From positions 185,544-249,543 of the forward strand of contig JAYTOU010000003.1 of the NCBI GenBank assembly GCA_043747615.1: a stretch of DNA of 64,000 nucleotides. The letters are read 5' to 3'. The notes beneath the pieces were generated by a model. The model did not search any database, was not told the DNA's origin, and saw only the letters and a program-made list of their open reading frames with translations. The DNA is from Myxococcales bacterium. GTDB taxonomy: Bacteria; Myxococcota_A; Polyangia; Polyangiales; Polyangiaceae. Positions 59,837 through 64,000 of the stretch are shown here, piece after piece. Within the stretch, counting starts at the first letter, position 1; the number at the start of each line of letters is the position of its first letter. Position numbers and translations under genes: made by a program.

Positions 59837-60766
59837 TTAGAAGAGCTTGGCGACTTCGGACGCGAGATCCGTCTCGGGAGCTCGCTCGATGCCTTCACCA
59901 AGAGCGAAGCGAACGAAGGCGTGGATCTTCACCTCGCCGCCGAGGGTCTTCGCGAGCGCGAGACGCAGCTTGTCCACTGTGTTCCCGGGGTCGGTCACGC
60001 TCTCCTGCTGGAGCAGCGTCACCTCGGTGAACCACTTGGCGACCTTGCCCTCGATGATCTTCGGCCACGCTTGCTCGGGCTTCTTTTCTTCGGCGAGCTG
60101 GGCTGCGAAGATTTCCCTCTGCTTGGCGACGTGCGCCTCCGCGAGGTGCTCCTTCTGGACCACCGTGGGGTTCATCGCGGCCACCTGCATCGCGCTGTTG
60201 TCGATGAAGGTGCGGAACTCCGGGTGCGTGGTGTGCTCGAGCGACGGCGCTTCGGCGTGCAGAAGAACGGCCAGCTTGCCGCCCATGTGAATGTACGCGT
60301 GGACGAAGCCGCCCGCTTCCTTGGCCTCGAGGCGTTCCCAGCGGCGAACGACGATGTTCTCTCCGATGGTACCGACGAGCTCCTGACGAATGATGTCGAT
60401 CGTCTTTTCGGAGCCCGGGTATTTCTGGCTGGGGAGATCAGTCCCCTTGGGCAGCTTGCTCGCGACCTCGGCGACGTTGCCGACGAAGTTCTTGAACGCG
60501 TCGCCGCGGGCGACGAAGTCGGTTTGGCAGTTGACTTCGACGATCACGCCGTGACGTCCGTCGGGCGCGACCTTCGCTCGCACTTCCCCTTCGGTGGCAA
60601 TTTTTCCGCCCTTGGTGGCGGCCTTCACGAGGCCTTTTTTCAAGATGACTTCGACGGCCTTCTCCATGTCGCCCGCGGCTTCGACGAGCGCGCTCTTGCA
60701 GTCGCTCATTCCGGCCTGCGTTCGCTCACGCAGCTCTTTGACCATCGAGGCAGTGATTTCAGCCAT
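59837..60766 (-). CDS. tsf: Elongation factor Ts
   Basis: ITASMVKELRERTQAGMSDCK, EVNCQTDFVA, IGENIVVRR, KIIEGK. Confidence 0.97.
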   Translation of the reverse strand: MAEITASMVKELRERTQAGMSDCKSALVEAAGDMEKAVEVILKKGLVKAATKGGKIATEGEVRAKVAPDGRHGVIVEVNCQTDFVARGDAFKNFVGNVAEVASKLPKGTDLPSQKYPGSEKTIDIIRQELVGTIGENIVVRRWERLEAKEAGGFVHAYIHMGGKLAVLLHAEAPSLEHTTHPEFRTFIDNSAMQVAAMNPTVVQKEHLAEAHVAKQREIFAAQLAEEKKPEQAWPKIIEGKVAKWFTEVTLLQQESVTDPGNTVDKLRLALAKTLGGEVKIHAFVRFALGEGIERAPETDLASEVAKLF

Positions 60767-61701
60767 CAGTTGGGTGCTCCGCCGCCGCCACCGTGCGTTC
60801 CAGTGCCGCCGCCACGCTGACCGCCGCCACCCGGGCCGCGGGGACCACCGCGTGAGCCCTGGTACACGTCTGCCGGCGGACGTCCACGCGGCCTATCGCC
60901 TTGCTGCTGCTGCTGCTGCTGCTCGCCGCCCTGCTCCGGCTCACGCTGCGCGTGGTCCTTGCGGCGCTGTGATCCTTCGATGACCGCGTCGGCCAAGCGA
61001 GCGGTGATGAGACGGATCGAGCGGATCGCGTCGTCGTTGCCCGGGATCGGGTAGTCGATGTCGTCCGGATTGCAGTTCGTGTCGGCGATAGCGATGATTG
61101 GCACGCCGAGCTTCTTCGCTTCTTGAACGGCGATGGTCTCCTTCGCCGGGTCGATGATGAAGACCGCGTGGGGTAGCGACGTCATGGCCTTGAGACCGCC
61201 GACGTACTTCTCGAATCGCTCACGCTCTTTTTCGAGGCGCGAAACTTCTTTTTTCGGAAGCTGCAAGTAGGTGCCGTCGTCCTTCATGCGCTCGAGCTGG
61301 CGCATGCGATCGAGGCCCTGCTTGATGGTGCGAAAGTTCGTGAGCGTGCCGCCGAGCCACCGATTGATGACGTAGTAGCAACCCGAGCGGCTTGCTTCCT
61401 CCTGCACGATTTCTTGGGCCTGGCGCTTGGTCCCGATCATGAGGACATGGCCGCCGCGCGAGCACGTCTCTTCGACGAAGTGGAAGGCGCGCTGAAAGAG
61501 CTTCGCCGTCTGATCGAGGTCGATGATGTGGATCCCGTTGCGCGCGCCATAAATGAACGGCTTCATCTTCGGGTTCCAGCGCTTCGTCTGGTGACCGAAG
61601 TGGACGCCTGCGTCGAGCAGGGACTTCAGCGGCAGGGGGAGGTCACCGCGGAGCTGCGGGACACCTTGGGCATTGTTCGGTACTTCGGTGGACTGAGTCA
61701 T
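60766..61701 (-). CDS. rpsB: 30S ribosomal protein S2
   Basis: [44 protein letters not shown]. Confidence 0.98.
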   Translation of the reverse strand: MTQSTEVPNNAQGVPQLRGDLPLPLKSLLDAGVHFGHQTKRWNPKMKPFIYGARNGIHIIDLDQTAKLFQRAFHFVEETCSRGGHVLMIGTKRQAQEIVQEEASRSGCYYVINRWLGGTLTNFRTIKQGLDRMRQLERMKDDGTYLQLPKKEVSRLEKERERFEKYVGGLKAMTSLPHAVFIIDPAKETIAVQEAKKLGVPIIAIADTNCNPDDIDYPIPGNDDAIRSIRLITARLADAVIEGSQRRKDHAQREPEQGGEQQQQQQQGDRPRGRPPADVYQGSRGGPRGPGGGGQRGGGTGTHGGGGGAPN

Positions 61702-61729
61702 GAGCGCGTTTTCCTTTCGGTTGGGCCGC

Positions 61730-61800
61730 CGCTCTTCTCCCGCCGCCAGCGTCTTGAGACGCACCGGACTGCGAGTTTTGCGCGATGAAGAGCGTGTGGA
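61730..61800 (-). promoter_or_regulatory. Structured rpsB 5' leader
   Basis: CGCTCTTC/GAAGAGCG outer stem enclosing a GCGTCT/AGACGC hairpin upstream of rpsB. Confidence 0.45.
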
Positions 61801-61865
61801 GTGGTAGTAACTGTCCCGATGTTTTGGGGGGCGAACACTACGCCCAGCCCGTGCTAAGTCAAGCC

Positions 61866-62087
61866 ATGCGCCGCGTTCTGCCGCTGATTGCCTCGTTGAA
61901 TTTTGGTTTTTTCGTGGGCGCCTGCGGGAGCACGCCAGCGATGCCGAAGGGCCCTCCGCCCGAATACGAGGACAACCCGACGGCCGTTCCCGTCCCGACG
62001 ATGACCGCGCCGCCCGCCGTGCCGCCCACGCCCCCTACCGAGGGCGGGCCTTCTTCGGCGCCGGACTCGGGGCAAGCTCCAAAGTAA
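61866..62087 (+). CDS. Small Pro-rich lipoprotein (73 aa)
   Basis: [20 protein letters not shown] lipobox; PKGPPPEYE; overlaps the nfo 3' end. Confidence 0.55.
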   Translation: MRRVLPLIASLNFGFFVGACGSTPAMPKGPPPEYEDNPTAVPVPTMTAPPAVPPTPPTEGGPSSAPDSGQAPK

Positions 62088-62961
62088 ACGCAGGGGGCTT
62101 CGGCTTCGGCTCGGGCCCGTTCACGAGGGAGTTGAGGAGGCTCACCTCATGTCTGAATGGGGCGTCGCCTTCACGGGGCTCGGTCTCGAGGACCCCTGGA
62201 ATCGAGGCGAATTTCGGATCGTTCACGAGCCGCCAAAACAGCGGCAGTCCGAGAAGCCCTTCGCCGACGTGCTCGTGCCGATCGACCCGCGAGCCGAGCG
62301 CCTTCTTCGAGTCGTTGAGGTGGAACGCCAACAAGCGTTCGAGCCCGACGTGTTTGTCGAAGGCTTCCCACGTCGCTGCGTAGCCGTCAGGGGTCGAGAT
62401 GTCGTAGCCCGAGGCGTAGGCGTGCTGGGTGTCGAAGCAGACGCCCATGCGGTCGCGCTCTTTCGTGCGCTCGAAGATCGCACCGAGCTCTTCGAAGCTG
62501 CACCCCACGCACGTGCCCTGACCGGCCGTGTTTTCGAGGAGGATCCGCGCGGTCGCCCCCTTCGTTCGCTCGTGGGCCTCATCGAGCGCCTCGGCTACGC
62601 GCGTCAGCCCCTGGTCCACCCCGAGGCCGAGATGCGCGCCGGGATGCAGAACGACGTACGCAATTCCAAGGGCGCTCGAGCGCTCGATCTCCGCAACGAG
62701 GGCGCCGATGGAGCGAGCGAGAATGTCTTCCTTGTCGGTCGCCAGGTTGATGAGGTAGCTCGTGTGCGCCATCACCGTGCCGACGGCGGAGCTCGCATGC
62801 GCGCTTCGGAAGGCGGCGAGCTGCTCCTCGGAAAGGCTGGGCTCCTTCCACTGATTGGAGTTCTTGGTGAAAATTTGGGTGGCCTTGCAGCCGTCCACCG
62901 TCGCGCGCTCGAACGCCCGGTGAAGACCGCCCGCCACGGACTGGTGCGCGCCGCAAATCAT
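62035..62961 (-). CDS. nfo: Endonuclease IV
   Basis: GAHQS..GG, QIFTKN, HTSYLINL, HPG, LENTAGQG, CFDTQH, HLNDSK, DRHE. Confidence 0.96.
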   Translation of the reverse strand: MICGAHQSVAGGLHRAFERATVDGCKATQIFTKNSNQWKEPSLSEEQLAAFRSAHASSAVGTVMAHTSYLINLATDKEDILARSIGALVAEIERSSALGIAYVVLHPGAHLGLGVDQGLTRVAEALDEAHERTKGATARILLENTAGQGTCVGCSFEELGAIFERTKERDRMGVCFDTQHAYASGYDISTPDGYAATWEAFDKHVGLERLLAFHLNDSKKALGSRVDRHEHVGEGLLGLPLFWRLVNDPKFASIPGVLETEPREGDAPFRHEVSLLNSLVNGPEPKPKPPAFTLELAPSPAPKKARPR

Positions 62962-63010
62962 TCTCGGTTGTCTATAAGATCGCTACGACGTTTGTGCTAG
63001 CGTCGCGCGC

Positions 63011-63343
63011 ATGGGAGCGGAAGCAACCTTGGATCGCGCGCAGATGGAGCACTTGGCGAACCTCGCTTCGCTCTCGCTCACCCGCGCCGAAGCAGAAACG
63101 CTGACCACCGAGGTGGCGGCCATTCTCCGCTACGTGAACGAGCTCAATGATCTGGACACCTCGAACGTGGAGCCGACGGCGAACATCTACCCCGGCGGGC
63201 TCCACGACGCGCGGCAATCCGAACGCACGGCCTGGCGGCAAGACGTGATCGAACCTTCCCTTCCGCGCGAAGAAGCGCTCAGTCAGGCGCCGTCGGCGGG
63301 GGAACATGGCTTCGCGGTGCCCACGTTCGTCGACGCGGGCTGA
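63011..63343 (+). CDS. gatC: Asp/Glu-tRNA amidotransferase subunit C
   Basis: HLANLASL, IL.YV..L..LDTSNVEP, ALSQAP, FAVP; upstream of gatA. Confidence 0.9.
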   Translation: MGAEATLDRAQMEHLANLASLSLTRAEAETLTTEVAAILRYVNELNDLDTSNVEPTANIYPGGLHDARQSERTAWRQDVIEPSLPREEALSQAPSAGEHGFAVPTFVDAG

Positions 63344-63349
63344 CGCGGC

Positions 63350-64000
63350 ATGCCCGCTGCTTCCGCAGGCGTTCTCACCACGCTGACCGGCGTCGAGATC
63401 GCGGACCGGGTTCGCGCCGGCGAGCTCAAGGCAATCGAGGTCGCGGAGGAGACGCTGCGGCGAATCGATGCGATCGACGGCGAGGTCCACGCGTTCCTGG
63501 CGACGGCACGCGACGCCTTCCTCGATCAGGCACGGGCGGTCGACGACAAACGGGCCCGCGGTCAAACGCTCGGTCCGCTCGCGGGCGTGCCCGTGGCGCT
63601 GAAGGATGCACTCTGCACACGTGGCCTCGTCACCACGAGCGGGTCGAAGATCCTGGAAGGCTACGTCCCTCCGTACGACGCAACGGTTGTAGCTCGCCTG
63701 CGCGCAGCCGACGCTCTCTTGCCTGGCAAGACGAACATGGACGAGTTCGCCATGGGAAGTTCCACGGAGAATTCGGCCTTTCAGGTCACGCGAAACCCGT
63801 GGAATACGGACCATGTACCGGGAGGTTCGAGTGGCGGCTCGGCTGCCTGCATCGCTGCCGGAATGGCTCCGCTGGCGATCGGCACCGACACGGGCGGATC
63901 GATTCGGCAACCGGCGGCGCTGTGTGGCGTCACCGGGCTCAAGCCGACCTACGGGCGCGTCAGCCGTTACGGCCTGGTGGCTTTCGCCAGCAGCCTGGAC
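63350..64000 (+). CDS. gatA: Asp/Glu-tRNA amidotransferase subunit A (3' end outside window)
   Basis: [56 protein letters not shown]. Confidence 0.95.
   Translation, partial: MPAASAGVLTTLTGVEIADRVRAGELKAIEVAEETLRRIDAIDGEVHAFLATARDAFLDQARAVDDKRARGQTLGPLAGVPVALKDALCTRGLVTTSGSKILEGYVPPYDATVVARLRAADALLPGKTNMDEFAMGSSTENSAFQVTRNPWNTDHVPGGSSGGSAACIAAGMAPLAIGTDTGGSIRQPAALCGVTGLKPTYGRVSRYGLVAFASSLD

Noticed and set aside
63011..64000. gatCA co-occurring with glnS as an anomaly
   Set aside because: This is common. GatCAB can serve Asn-tRNA formation.

Overview
High-GC bacterial chromosome segment, most consistent with a myxobacterium of the Polyangiales type. This placement is inferred from the many Cys-rich lipoproteins, Hanks-type kinases, the PEGA/TPR protein and the long LuxR regulators. 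From about 2.6 to 23.4 kb is an accessory region: Cys-rich surface lipoproteins, a GT-C glycosyltransferase, a TPR/PEGA-lipoprotein-Cys-rich-Ser/Thr kinase operon, two full and two fragmentary copies of one LuxR family, and an IS66 relic. It ends at the 3' end of a tRNA-Val/tRNA-Asp pair that has att-like repeats beside it. The rest is mostly housekeeping: tig-clpP-clpX-lon, parAB, lspA-lgt-folD, a DUF1998 helicase, ileS, thiG/thiE, rpsB-tsf, nfo and gatC-gatA, with glnS at the left end. The best candidate for an undescribed system is a lipid/polyketide cluster at 46.3-54.2 kb. It has FAAL, ACP, a soluble acyl-ACP desaturase, ACP and a hot-dog thioesterase, divergent from KS, a CLF-like KS and an alpha-oxoamine synthase (SPT-like), plus a third ACP. 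Directly downstream is an IleRS2 with non-canonical HNGH/KESKS motifs and a ~110-aa inserted domain. All calls come from reading motifs by eye. No database searches were run, and several start codons are best guesses.
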